From: Felis catus
Taxonomy: Eukaryota
Assembly: GCF_018350175.1 (NCBI RefSeq)
Contig: NC_058369.1
Location: 28,026,001 to 28,090,000, forward strand
Length of the DNA: 64,000 nucleotides
Reading direction: 5' to 3'
The notes below the pieces were generated by a model, which did not search any database, had not been told where the DNA came from, and saw nothing but the letters and a program-made list of their open reading frames with translations. Shown piece after piece: positions 49,401-62,813 of this stretch; the stretch's first letter is position 1; each line of letters opens with the position of its first letter. Position numbers and translations under genes: made by a program.

Positions 49401-50457
49401 TGTGGAACCACTTCATATCCAACATATTCATGCCGAGGCTTTGTACTAAGATCCACCTGTCTAATGGAGAAACCAGGTTTAATAAAGTCTAACTAGTGTT
49501 GTAACTTACCAAAATAGTTAACAAACCATTATTCACTTACTTTTTAAAGAGAAAAGAAAAATTAAGATTTGTATGCAAAGTTTCCATTTTTAAGTGTTGA
49601 AGCTAATTCAACAAAACACATCACCTGCTGAATTCAACCCACATATCACTAAACATCAACCCCTGTTCTGGGTACTAAGAATGCCCCCTGACCTCAAGTC
49701 ACTTACAAATTTTATGGGATGGATAAAGAAGGCATGATATAAAAGAAATTAAAATGATCATATCTTAATGCTTACCATGTAAACCAATGTAACAACTATG
49801 GATTTCTATATGCCTGTTGGAATACTTACCTAGATTACAAAACTGACCACTCCCTACAATTAAGAGATTTCAAACTTATTTTTAAAATATATAAGCAATA
49901 AGCAACCATATCCCAAGGGATTAATCACAAATCTAACTTTTCCTGGAGACTATCAAAAAACAAAGATATAAATGTCTCTGGATCAGCAGTTTGTTCATAA
50001 ACTAAAGACTTCAGCAAATACAGCTTCTTGAGAAAAAAATAAATAAAAGACAATTATTCAAAAATCACTTTTTTTCTTTTAAACTTCATTACAACTTGGA
50101 TAATAGTTTCCAAAGAAAGGCAGAAAAATTAGATCAAATATATAAATTTCAAAAAAAAATAGAGATTAGAAAGCAAATCTAAGTGCTAAATTCCTAAGAT
50201 ACTATCTTGCAAATCATATATTACTATTTATGCCTAATGTCATATATCCCTTTATAGATGGTCAGCTCCCTGAGGATAAGACCTGGTTATGTAGACATCT
50301 GTTCTCCCAAGTATTTACAGTTCCCTGGTTCATCCTGTCCATTCATGTGGCTGCAGAAGCTGAACTTTTTTGGTCATGAAACAATTCTAGTACCTTAGAC
50401 GCCATCATTCAGATAAAAGAACATGAGAGGGTTGGTATTGGTGTGGTAGCCACTCAC

Positions 50458-50482
50458 CTGAAAGTGCTGTAATGATCATGTT
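50458..50482 (-). other. Candidate 25-nt microexon of an unidentified minus-strand transcript
   Basis: Minus strand: ctctaat (branch point-like) aatctattaattttacttctatAG|AACATGATCATTACAGCACTTTCAG|GTGAGT. Confidence 0.4.
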
Positions 50483-51099
50483 CTATAGAAGTAAAATTAA
50501 TAGATTATTAGAGTACATACTACCATAACTACAGCAGGGGTGAAATGATTAAGGGCCACCATAAAAATAACAATGCCATTTGGGACTGAGTAACCAACAT
50601 TCCTGAGGAGGTCTATCTCAAATGCTTGAAGAAACCAGGGAAGGTAAAATAAATGAGCAGAACAGGTCAGATCTCAGGGTAAGTGTGCACATGGTTTCTC
50701 AGCAATAGAGATTTGAGTAAACTAAACTATAAAATTTGGGTTTCTTCTACTAAGCCCTAGCCCATTTTTTCCATGCAGGAAGGTAGAGTTCCAAGCTACT
50801 AGAGCTTTCTATTTTTTAGAATAGAACCGCAAATAGAGTTTTTTACATATTATTCTGAAATGTTAAATGATGTCACATTTTTTTAAAAATCACTCTGTAG
50901 AACAAGTAAAATACATGCTTAATCATCTGTGTGCTGCAAAAGATGGTATCATCGTTGTTCCTGTCAAGGAAACGAGAAAGGTCTCTCCCACTTCTTCCTC
51001 CCTCATTGGATTCCACCAATAGTGCCACTTCAGGCATGGTTGAGAAATACTGTTGTTCTCCTCAACCTATTTATTCGTGGCCTCAGAAGACATAAGAAA

Positions 51100-51554
51100 T
51101 GTGGTGGACAGGTAATAATCACACCCCTATTAGACCCCTTCACTTGTGTGAGAGAGGATTCTGTGACTTGCTTCTAGAAAACATGCAGAGGTGACAGGCT
51201 GTTACATCCATGATTACTGTACAGGATGTGAGACACTGCCTTGCTAGCAGACCCCCTGCCCTCTCTTTCCCTCACAGGCTGTGAAGAAGTGAGCTGCCCT
51301 GAATCCTAGAGCCACAAGGACATGGATTCTGTCCACAACCTGATGGAATTTGGAAGCAGATCCTTCCCCAGTCCAGTCACTGGTGAGACCACAGCCCTGG
51401 CTGAAACCTGGATTGCAGCCTAGTGAGACTTGGAAGTAGAAAAGCCCCCTAAGCCTCGCCTTGACTTATGACCCACATAAACTTAGATAATCAATGTGTG
51501 CTGCTTTCCATCACCAAGTTTGGCATAGTGACATAGTAATAGGAAACCAATGCA
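51100..51554 (+). mobile_element. MLT1E-like solo LTR
   Basis: tgtggtggacag start; ttggaagcagatccttccccagtc; gagaccacagccctggctga; end atagtaataggaaaccaatgca. Confidence 0.85.
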
Positions 51555-52129
51555 AGGAGTTTGCCTGGAAATGTAAATCAATTACTTAACTAGGCACACT
51601 GCTTAGTTTGGATGGCATTTATTTTTCATAATAAAACTTTACTTTTCAAAATGAAAGAAGCAATGCATTCCATTCTATTACAGTGCAAGCTCCTTATCTC
51701 AGAGCAGACCAATACTCTGAGTAGCTCTGTTCTACAATTCCTTTGCACAGTGAAAACACAGGTCTGGTCTAACCATGTATGCAGAAAAGGAGAAAGGTGG
51801 TATTATTAATTTGACTTAAAACTTTGTCCAATGATGTGTGCAACAAAGGTGGAGAAGGGCAGAGTCTGGGAAGTAGGAACTATAGGGACCAGTTTTTACC
51901 ATCTATCACCCTTCAAAGTTACATCATAAATATTTTTATACTACGGTTAAAAGCAATGGGTGAGCTAAGTGATATTACCTATAATAAGCTGATAATAACA
52001 ACATGATATGGTGAGGATAGTAAGACAAGAAAAATCCTAAAGAATTGTCATACTACTATTCTAATTGGGGCATTTGAAAATCTAGAGAATTTAACAAGTG
52101 GCAAGGAAACTCATCACTCATCTTTGTAA

Positions 52130-52500
52130 TCCTCTACTCACATTTAACACAACAAAATCATTTTTAGACTCTTGCTAAAACCATGCATTTACTTCTCAGT
52201 CCTAACTGTGACTAATCCCTATGACCTCTAAAGATTTAACTAGGTATCCCTTATTTCAGGAAGCCTTCCTGGATAACTCTCCCTCCTCATTGCTTCCCTA
52301 ATATCCTGTGCAACCTCTATGATCCCATTTCCTACCTTATAATATAATTACCTCTTGATGTGACAGTCGTACCCAAAGGAGTAATTGCTATTTGAGATCA
52401 GGGAGTATGGTTCTCATTTTTGGATTTTCAGCATGTAGGAGAGTGCCCCACCCAGAGTAGGCACTCAATAAATACCAAGTCAAGAGTAAATAAATGAATA
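52130..52500 (+). mobile_element. L2 3' relic
   Basis: tcaggaagccttcctgga; gtgcccacccagagtaggcactcaataaata...taaatgaat. Confidence 0.7.
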
Positions 52501-53699
52501 TTGTTACCCAAAGCTGTACAGGAGCTAAGCGAAGCACTTTAACCATGATGAGACAATAGTAAGCTTCGATGATGCAGGCAAAAACATGCTAAGAGCTTTG
52601 AAACACTGAATTTGTTGGTAGTGAGCTTAAGGCAGGGGTCTTCAAAGGTAAAAGATTTATACAGAGCAAAAGGAAACTAAGAATCTTACAACCCATGTTA
52701 AAATTGGAAGAAATATTCTAGGTACCCACTCTACCCAGATGTTAACATTATCCCCATCTTGCATCAAGCAAGACACGCATCTTATTAACTCATATCAAAC
52801 ACAATGAGCTATGCTTTTCTAAAAGCATTTCTTCTTAGATTCCTACTCAGCTGGGTTTTTTGGGTACCAGGAAATAAGGGTTTTCCCCTGGTTGGAAGGG
52901 CCTTGCCGTTCAGTGAGAAAGATACAGTCTGCTGCTCACACCTCCCTCAGAGACCAATTCCATAAATGCAACAGATGGTTTGCCAGACAGCCTTAATTTT
53001 CAGCAAAATAACTTTGATTTGTACAGAGGCCAGTTCTTCACATTCATTTCAATGTTTTAACAGGATAAACATGAAATCATTCCTCCTGAAGAAACTTCAA
53101 GGTGTTCTTAATATTATTCTACCACTCCCATTGTGATCACTTTGTCAGAGACTTGACTTCTAAAGAACACTGAAAATTCCGATGCACCAAGAGACTGAAT
53201 CCTTTCCACCTTTCTCCACCCACTCCTCCCGATCAGCAGCTCCTAAGCACCAAATGATCCAGGACTGGGTTTTTCTTTTCATGCCCATGCCCAGTCAGTA
53301 AAAGATTAACTGCAGGAGCAACTACTACTATGTACTATCTAAAGTGTATTGCAAGTTAAATACTTTGCCGAAAACAGAGTCAATTAAAAAGACTTAAGAT
53401 TAAGAAGTGCCAAAGGGAATTCTTCACCTTTCCCCCCCAGATCTCACGGGACCCACACCATTAGTGACAAGACATTTCCTATATCTCTTTGTGCTGGTGA
53501 GTCCAAGTCTGAATTACTCTTCATCCAATCAATTTAGAAAATAAGTTATTAAGCATTAATTCTGCTTGGCATAATAGCTTTAATCAAATGAAAAAGAAGT
53601 GAAATTTCTTTTCATCTTGCAAACACATGACATTCAGAAAAGTAAGAGCTTTAATATAAAATAGATTTTACAAATTAATAATAATAAATAAAGACACCT

Positions 53700-54620
53700 C
53701 GTAGAGATGAGACGGGTAAAGAAAAAAATGCACTTGTATTCAAGCAGTGAATAACAATGAAAGGACAATCTCAATAAACTAAAATCTAGATTAAAATAAG
53801 ACATCATGTTCACTGTTAAAACTGCTAAGATTTTTTAATATTATACAGGAAGCATGCAAAGAAATAGACATTCATACAATGATGGTGGGCCGGATGGAGA
53901 AATTTGGTAGTATGCAGCAAAAGCATTAACAAACTTTATACATTTACCATAAATATTCAACTTCTTACAACTCTAAACAATCAGATACCCAGGGACTTGT
54001 GTGCCAGAATTTTTTTAATTTTTTTTTAATGTTTATTATTTGGCTTTGAAAGAAAGAGAGACAGCGTGTGAGCGGGGGAGGGTTAGAGAGGAAGGGAGAC
54101 ACAGAATATGAAGCAGGCTCCAGGCTTTGAGGTGTCAGCACAGAGTCCGATGCGGGGTTCAAAGTCACGAACCGTGAGATCATGACTTGAACTGAAGTCA
54201 GAAGCTTAACCAACTGAGCCACCCAGATGACAACCAGGTGCCCCCAGATTTTTTATCTTGATGTGGGCTAGGGTAATCTAAATGACCCACAATAAAGAAC
54301 TGGTAATATCAAATAGAGTAAATGATTCAATGAACTACCAAGTTTTCAATGGTAAGTTTTTTTTTTCTAATTGACATGTGACATGAATTTGACATGTGAG
54401 CAATTAATATGCTCACAACATATTATGTGGAACAGCAGCAGGTACCAAACATCATTTAAAACACAATTATCATTTTACTTTTAAAATGTATATAAATACA
54501 GAGGAAAGTTAAAATATGCACATTGAAAAGGTATTAGTAACTATCTGTGAAAGGTAGTGCTATCCGTGACTTATTTTCTTTTCTGTATTTTTAAACTTTT
54601 CCACCCATGTAAGTGTGGCC
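53700..54620 (+). mobile_element. Old L1ME-like 3' fragments (SINE inserted)
   Basis: aataagacatcatgttcac; acattcatacaatgatggtgg; aaatttggtagtatgcagcaaaa; ttattttcttttctgtatttt. Confidence 0.55.
54010..54245 (-). mobile_element. Can-SINE with 11-nt insertion near its 5' end
   Basis: Full body; flanks ccagaattt / ccagattt. Confidence 0.95.
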
Positions 54621-56863
54621 CATAAAATTCATAAAAATGATGAAAATCTAAAGCTTCATATTGGAAGGCATAAAGTTCCTGCTAAGTACAGACCAAATTT
54701 TAATAATATCTCCTTAGGTTCTAACATTGGACAATTCTCCACAAAGCCCCAAGCCAACCTGTTCTCATAGCATTTTATGCTTGAAGTATAAATTAAGATG
54801 TTTCCATGTGGGATATGAAGAATCAGAGAAAGAGTAGTTATCAGAACAAGAATCCAATACCAGTTAGGTCACTTTTACCAATTTAATTTTAATAGTAGGC
54901 CCATTTCAAAGAGCAAAGGTTTAAGTCATTTAGTATTATTGAGAGGATTAGCTCATTGTGAATATGAAAAACAATTATAAATTAAAACCAACTAATTCAA
55001 TCTGGTTTTTAAAGGTCAATAGATGCAGGTTCCCTCAAATTAAGCAGGTTTTACCTGATTCTACTTAATTTATGTATCACTTTTGTAAGAGAATCAGCAG
55101 TGAACTTTATTGATGTTATTCTTTGGTATTGTTAGTAGCCAGAAAATTGGATTCAACTTTGATAATGGCATTGGCAAGGAAAGAAAAGAAGGCCCTATGG
55201 TCCCTTTCAGTCCTAGGGGTCTGTATTTATTCTTAAAGCACATCTACTAAATTTATGTTTTAATTATAAATCACTCATCTGTATGAGAGGACTTTAAAGA
55301 ATCTTGAGGCATAAATCTTTTTAATCTGCAATGAATTAGACTCTACATTTGTTAATAATTCAAACAAAATAATGGTCAATTAGTCATTCTGTGTGTCAGA
55401 TGAAACACACACACACACATACACAGAGTGATTATTTGTTCTCCAAGGATTTTGTTATAATCTCAATTCACTTGTCATGTTACACTGGAACAAAATGGTT
55501 ACACTAATTATCCAAAATCAAGTTTCACTTCTCGATTTATAAGCATTCCATTTTATTCTATAAATTCTTAGCTGTCACAGAGTCAGAAAATTATTACTGT
55601 CATCAATAGGAAGATTGTTTCAGTGGTGCAGATGGCTGTCCTTTTATAGGCGAACTTAATGACTTATTCTTATCTAATCTGTCATCTGTTATTTAGTTGT
55701 CATTATGAACTTTTTGGGTTTCATATCAATCAATTTTCCATGTTTGCTAAACAGATGGCTTTAAAAAAAAAAAGGAAAGCAAGAAAATGACATTAAGTGA
55801 TTAAAAAAAAAAAAAAAGCTCCAAAGGCTACATACACTTTTTAGTGTATCTAAATGAAATTTTTAAAATGTTATTTAAAAAAGTAGATTTGAAGCCAAAC
55901 AAATAGATTTTAAAACTCAATGAACATGCAAAGAAACAATCGATAGCAGCTGTCCACAAGTAGGATGAATTACTTGAAAATAGGAATAGCTCTTTCTTCC
56001 AATATTTAATATGAAAGTTTTTAGAAATCTATCCTGACAAATCGAGATGACAAGTGTCAACTGATATAAATCCTTGATTCAGAAGCTCTTTATGTTGTAA
56101 TTCACAGGTATACTTCCTTTGTTGACGGTAATCTTTTTCAGAAAGTAGGTAATCACATACTTTCATTTAGTAAAAATCATACCTTGTGTTTGTCATCTTT
56201 TAAGATACTTTTGTTTAATCACTGCGTTATTATCAAATTGACACTTCAACTCAAGACACAAAATGGTAAATTTAAATGCCTTACATAATTGAGATTAGAG
56301 TTCATGAAATAAATACATTGCATCACAGAAGAGCACTGTGGTTCACACTGTACTAGAGAAAGAACTTGACAGGTAGAAGAAACTAAAATCTATTTTTGTA
56401 AAATAATTTGACATTTCATTCGTGACAGTGTATTTAAGATTGTGTGTGTGATTATGCAGGAGGGATATTGACCAAACAAATGAAATGTGCTTCATCAGTC
56501 CTGAATAATGATGCAAAGATTACAGAGCAGACCTTTCTAATATATGTACAAAAAGATTCCAGAAAGTTTCCCAGTGTCATGTCAACCACATCTCCCACTG
56601 TAGAATGAATTGAGTTCACCTGTGGTTTTTACTTGCCCAACTTCAATTTTCCTTAGCAGTACAAACTTGACAATGAGGAAGATTGTGAAGGCCTAATTCG
56701 TAAAGTCCTTCAGACGAAGTAGAAGAACTTAAGATGGCAAGCCAATTTTTCAAACAACACAAATCTGTCTCAGTTTATTTCCTTATATGATAAGTGCAGT
56801 AAAATACAAAGCCAGAGTAGATAGCCATCAGTCTATTCCAAGATATTCAGAGGCTTTCACAGG

Positions 56864-56866
<3 letters not shown>

Positions 56867-56901
<35 letters not shown>
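56867..56901. repeat. (CA)n microsatellite
   Basis: Uninterrupted AC run of about 17 units. Confidence 0.98.
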
Positions 56902-56903
<2 letters not shown>

Positions 56904-57800
56904 GAAAGAAAATTTAATACCAGGTACTTGACTTGAGACACACAAAAATTTTCAATTTCCTCTTATGAAACAGAAAATCAAAAGGGTCTATTATATATCA
57001 GAAAGCCAGAGACTTTAACTATAAAGAAAGATTTAAATCCTACAAACATCTTTACTGAAACTTGGAAAGAGAATTTGTACCTTAAAGACTTCTCTTAGGT
57101 CTTCAACTCAAATCCTTTAAGGCCTAGAACACATGTTTGATGTCCAATGTGTGCCTGGAACTGAGCCAGGTGCTCTACATGTACTAGATCGATTCCAAAC
57201 AGCTAGTGAATGCAGTCCAAATTCAGCAAATGAAGTTCTTAAAGCAGTAAAGTGAAAAACCACATTGTTGAGGAAAGTCACACAACAAAGTCAAGCTCTG
57301 GCTGTAGTTTTCTTATCTCTAAGTCTACTGGTCCATGTGAGGTTTTAATCAACCCCAAATACTTTACAGTCATCTCAACTTATCAAAAAACTTGAGACTG
57401 CTTCAGGTGATCATGTCTCCTGCAGGCAAACACCAACCAAGATGGTTTTCATGGGTCCCAACACATTAAATGATCATTGGTCAACAAAGCTCTACACACT
57501 ACTTAAGGATTTGTTGGCACAAACCCTCACCCAAAGCCAGAAAGTTTATCACAACATAATATTCTGTGGATGTAATACTTGAGTGTGCTATCCTTTGCAG
57601 TGTATATCTTCATATTATTCCATAGCTAATATATTTCAAAAGCTTTCAACCTTGGTCTATTGGTGCTTTTCACAGAAGCAAATCACACTGCCATCATAGC
57701 CCTTGGGTAAGACCCCTCCTTGTGTTGAGAATGTTTTCGGTATTCTGTGCCTCTGATTCATAGTGGCTCAGACTTGAGAACTGGTCTTCTCCCACTGGAT

Positions 57801-58175
57801 CAGTGGCTCTTTAAGTGTGGTCCAGGAATGACAACACTTAGGGACATGTTAGAAATACAAAGTATAGGTCCCCAACCTAGACTTGAATCAAAAACTCTTG
57901 GGCGGCGGGGTGCCTGAGTGACTCAGTCAGTTAAGTGTCCGACTTCGGTTCAGGTCGTGATCTCACGGTTTGTGAGTTCGAGCCACGCGTCAGGCTCTGT
58001 GCTGACAGCTCAGAGCCTTGGAGCCTGCTTTGGATTCTGTGTCTCCCTCTGCCTCTCCCCTGCTCATGCTCTGTCTCTGTCTCAAAAATATTTTTAAAAA
58101 TTAAAAAAAAAAAACTCTGTGGGGTTTAGCAATCTATGTTTATCTACCTGTTTTGAATCACTGGAGTTTTGAAAG
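57801..58175. mobile_element. MER5A relic interrupted by a SINE
   Basis: cagtggctctttaagtgtggtcc...tgttagaaatacaaa...gaatcaaaaactct | gtgggg..agcaatctatgtt...gagttttgaaagcca. Confidence 0.8.
57907..58112 (+). mobile_element. Can-SINE
   Basis: Full body; TSD core aaaaactct. Confidence 0.96.
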
Positions 58176-58789
58176 CCATTGGATTGTAACCTTCTTCAGG
58201 ACAAAGAGTGAATCGTTCAACTTAGCATCCTTCAATGCACCTAACAGCAATTAATTAATATTTAATAAATGTTTGTGATTTCAATTAAATTGCAATGCAC
58301 CCAGGACAAAACCCATTTTGGAGAATAATCTAAGCATAGTCCTCCTTTCCAGCTACTACTTTAAGATCTTAACACCAGAGATGTATTTTGCCAAGGAATT
58401 TCCATTCCTTAACTAGGCATTACTAAGTTCTGTTAATTTGCCATTAATTGAAACCACAGATAGGCCATAATCAGAACAAAAACAGGTGGGGAAAATCACT
58501 TTATTCTGTCTGTTCACATGGTACAAAGATCCCAGGTGTTACCTATATCCTTAAGAAGTCACATTAAGTTAGAATAATTGAGCAAATAGTAGTGTGGTAT
58601 TGAGGGGGGGGAGTTAATATTATGGCACTTTAACATAAACAAATTCAGCTTTATGATAGGGACAGTGCATAGTAAAAACAAAAGCCAGTTCACACTGGTA
58701 AGTAAACTGGGGAAGGATAATAACACAAGTACAACATGACAGGTATACACTGCCTAATGCTCGTTTTTTACCCTAACAGTCCCATGCAC

Positions 58790-58990
58790 TATGGCACAAC
58801 AATCAAGAGCATAGGCTCTTGAGCCAGATTAACTGAGTTATATGTCTCAGATCTTTACTAGTAGGTCCTTGGGGAAATTCATCATCTACTTTGTGTCTCA
58901 GTGTCCTCATAAAGTGGAATAACAACTAACTCACTGGATTGATGAAAGATTTAAATTAAATAGTGTAATGGGTGTTGTAAATGTTGAAAA
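58790..58990 (+). mobile_element. MIR relic
   Basis: aagagcataggctcttgagccagat...tctcagtgtcctcataaagtgg...gatttaaatta. Confidence 0.75.
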
Positions 58991-59359
58991 ATCTTTTGTT
59001 GTTATTTGCCAGGGGTTGCAGAAGTCAAATACACATCAGCCACTACATTTAAGTGGTTGGTAATCCTACTTGTCCAAGTTATAGGACACAAAGCAAAAGG
59101 TCGTTACGTCATGGGGAGAATACTGTCAGTGTTTACTCAGCATTGGGGACACAGTATATGTTGAGTAAGGGCAGGCCAAATAAGACAGATTACACCACAG
59201 TACCAGGAACCCTCCCCCAAGAGTGATGGATGAATTCTAGAGCAGAGACTTTGCCACTTCACAGAACCAAGTAGACTTGCTAGACTTCATGGGATCTGGA
59301 TGAAAAAACTAAGAAAGGTTTCCCAAATACATGATTGCTTTAAATATTAAATTATCTTT

Positions 59360-59680
59360 TCTAATGGCTCCCAACAATCCCAACCTTCTAATATTCAAGT
59401 CCTTGTGTAAGCCCCATATTTTGAGTGTGGCCTGGACTTAATGACTCACTTCTAAAGAGTAAGGGCAGCAAGAATGATGATATGTTACTATCAAAATTAG
59501 GTCACAAAAAGCTTACCACTTCCTGTCTCTCTCAGAAGGAAGTTGTCATGTTGCATGTAGCCTTAAGTAGACGTTCACATGACAAGGAACTTATGTGTCT
59601 AGCCAACAGCCAGCAAGGATCTAAGGTGAGGTCCTACCGGATGCAACTACCAGATGCAATGTGGTCTTTGATCAGATACT
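59360..59680 (+). mobile_element. MLT1E/F fragment
   Basis: ttctaatggctcccaacaatccc; ttgagtgtggcctggacttaatgactcacttctaa; ctagccaacagccagcaagga. Confidence 0.75.
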
Positions 59681-60800
59681 GATGAAAATATACCAACTGC
59701 AAAAGACATTTTTGGATCAAAGCGGGAGATATGAATGTGGACCAGGATTAGATTAAATAAAAATTAATGAACTGGAAAGGTAGAGACTGTTAACTGTGGG
59801 GGGTGCATGGAACAGGTTCATAATAGCATGCTCATTATCTCATTTTGCTAAAAATAAAGCAAAACCCCAAAACAAAAAGCATTCACTTTTATGTGTGTGT
59901 ACATGCACATAAAAAAAGATACAGCCCACCTTATCACCCAGCAATTCCATTGCTAAGTATATGTGTGGGTATCCATATATATCTCCAAAGAAAAGTGGGT
60001 TCGTATGTGTACCAAAAGGCATTTTCAAGAGTGTCCATAGCAATTTTATTCATTGTAGACAAAACTGGAATCATCCTAAATGTTGAACAGGAGAATGGAG
60101 AAATAAGTTATAGTATATTCTTACAATGGAATACTGCAGCAATGCAGCAATAAAAAAAAAAGACCAAATTATTAGGACACCTGGGTGGCCTAGTCTGTGA
60201 AGCATCCAACTCTTGGTCTCAGCTCGGGTTTTGATCTCGGGGTTGTGAGTTCAAGCCTCACATTATACTCCACAACCAGCATGTAGCGTGCTTTAAAAAA
60301 AAAGACCGACTTTTTGATAAATGCAACAAGGATGAATTTCAAAAATGTAATGCTATGGGAAAGAAGCCAGATACAAAAGGGTATACACTGTAAAATCCTT
60401 TTTTACAAAGTTCAAGAACAGGTAAGTCCAACCTATAAGTGGTAAGAATCTGAATAGTTGTTACCATGAGCAGCTGAATACTGAATACAAAGAGGTATGA
60501 GGAAAACCAGGGTGAGGATAACATAGAGCTTTATTTAGATGTGGTTACACAGCTATCCATATACAGATATGCACAAAGTTATCAAGTTGTACATTTAATA
60601 ACTGTGTATTGTATACAACTGAATTATACCTCGATGTTTTCTTAAATTTTACAGAAACAAAAATCCAGAAGGATCACATCTAAAGTGTTAAAAGTGGCAA
60701 TTTCTGGATGGCAGGAATATTATGTTTTGATTTGTTTTGTTGTTCTTCTATATTTTCTGATTTTCTATAATACTTAAGTATTATCTCTGTAATAAAAGAT
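59680..60800 (+). mobile_element. Old L1MC/L1ME 3' fragments (SINE inserted)
   Basis: acccagcaattccattgctaagtat; tccatagcaattttattcattgtagacaaaactgga; aagttcaagaacaggtaa. Confidence 0.8.
60175..60300 (+). mobile_element. Short Can-SINE variant (tRNA-derived head, no CT region)
   Basis: ggacacctgggtggcctagtc...gttcaagcc...gcgtgctttaaaaaa; degenerate TSD aaaagacc. Confidence 0.85.
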
Positions 60801-61639
60801 TATGTTTAAAGGAAAAGATATATTTTCCTAATTCTACCATAAGTACCTACATATGTCACTTGTCTGTAACCAGTGAGACAGGAGCAAAAGGTTCTGGTTT
60901 TTATCATCAGAGACTTAGCTTTTTCTTGAAAGATCATGAGATTCCACAGTCCTCCAGACAAAATCAGCTTCACAGAGTTGATTGTTGTCATTCCCGAAAG
61001 TATAGCAGCAACATACAGACACATCTGAAGGTAATAGAATTTTACACACTCAGAGGCTGGCTTTCTACTGCACACCAATACATGCCAAGAGTGATCGAAA
61101 GTACAGAATGTTGGAAGGAAAAAGGAAGGAAGGGAGAAAGGGAGGGAGGGAGGGAGATACAGAACTTAACAGAGATCTTTTAAGGCAATTAGCAGAGAGC
61201 AAGGATGAAAAGCAATTATACAAACACCAGGACATTTAAGGCTCTTTCACTCCAAGGAAATAGCAAGATCCCTGCTTTGGACAAAGAATACCAATGGGAA
61301 GCTCTCCAAGTTTTCCACTATTAGCATCCTCTACTTTAATTCTATTTGGATATTGGGCTTTTAGGGTTTATGCTACACTTTGCAGCCTAAATACTAATGA
61401 CTACTCTTTCACATATTAAATAACTGAAAATACTAAATCATGGAAGAGTACAAGGGCCGAGTAGGGGTGAGGCAAGAAACAGCCAGAGGAGGGAGGAATT
61501 GGTGGGCCCACACGAGATGAATGGAATTTCATGAGGTTGAAAGGAACAGGGGAAAAATGCTAACAGGACAACCTGATAGAAGACATTGAGGACAATAATG
61601 AACAGTTTACATACTGAACCTGAGTGTGCAAGTGATCAA

Positions 61640-61840
61640 TTTGGTCTAAAAGAACACTGTAGTAAAATACAAAGCCCAGGTCTTTTCAACATGGGAGCCC
61701 TGAGTTTCAATTCTGTTTCTTTGCAACATGTGGCAAGATACACAATCTCAATGAGATTTATTTTGAGCACCCACAAAATGAGGGCAAAGATACTTAACCA
61801 TATGAAATAGGTAAAGAATAGCAGCAACGTGTTGTGAGTG
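61640..61840 (+). mobile_element. MIR relic
   Basis: gagccctgagtttcaattctg...tgtggcaagatacacaatctc...aaaatgaggg. Confidence 0.6.
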
Positions 61841-62269
61841 TGCAAACTCATTCCTTTCTCTTCCCTTAGAACAATATGCCTGTTGTTTTCTTCAAAATCA
61901 CCATGAGCAAAATCAAACTCACACCTTTTTTCTTACAAGCTTCCATTCTCAACCACCCTATCCTATCAGCAAGGCCACTTCATCTCCATTGACCCAAGCT
62001 CGGCACGTATGACTGATCACTGCCCCAACGCTCTCCTTCAAAATTAATGCCCAGTCAAATTATATCCCCCCAAAACTATTGATTTCCATTTCTTTATCTC
62101 TATCAGCTGCAATCAAAATCTAAGTCTCAATGACTGCAAAGACCTTCCATCTGATCCTCTTGATTATTAGTTTTCCTCTAGCCAATTCACCCACATGCCA
62201 CTGCCTGGCGATTTTTTTTTTTAAGAATACTGACATAAGGCACCCCTCCAGTGGTTCCTTGTTTCTTTT

Positions 62270-62460
62270 GACTCCATTCATTCATTCACTCAATTAACAC
62301 TTACTAAACACCCATCAAACACTAAATACTGTGCTATGTACCAGAGATGCAAAAACGAATAAATTACACCCTTGAGAGCCCAGCAGGGAGAAGGAAACAG
62401 GTGACAATACAATGCTCTAAACAAGAAATAGGAATGTGGAAGCTCATCCTGTAGGATGAG
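62270..62460 (-). mobile_element. L2 3' terminus
   Basis: cattcattcattcactcaattaacacttactaaacacccatc...tactgtgctatgtaccagagatgca. Confidence 0.75.
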
Positions 62461-62813
62461 GAGGATAAAATCTCATAGACATGAAGCCATATCTGCAACA
62501 CCTCCAGAGATAAAAAGTGTTTGTCAAGCAACAAAGAGAAGGGCACCCTTTTCCTCTCCTAGGGTACAAACCTAAAAGAAACAAACCTGTATGTTATACA
62601 AAGAAGATCCTCCTCTGGAGGGTTAAATGGAATCACTGCTGCAGTAAGTGTGTCACTGAGTAATTACCTAGGATGCAAAGACATTTGACAAAGGAACTGA
62701 AACAACAACAACAACAACAACAAAACAGATTCCTCACAGAAGGTGCAGTGGTGATGGCTAAGAGCTCCTCGGGGCAATTACTGATTCTGCTGTCAAAGTT
62801 GAAAAGGTAGAGA

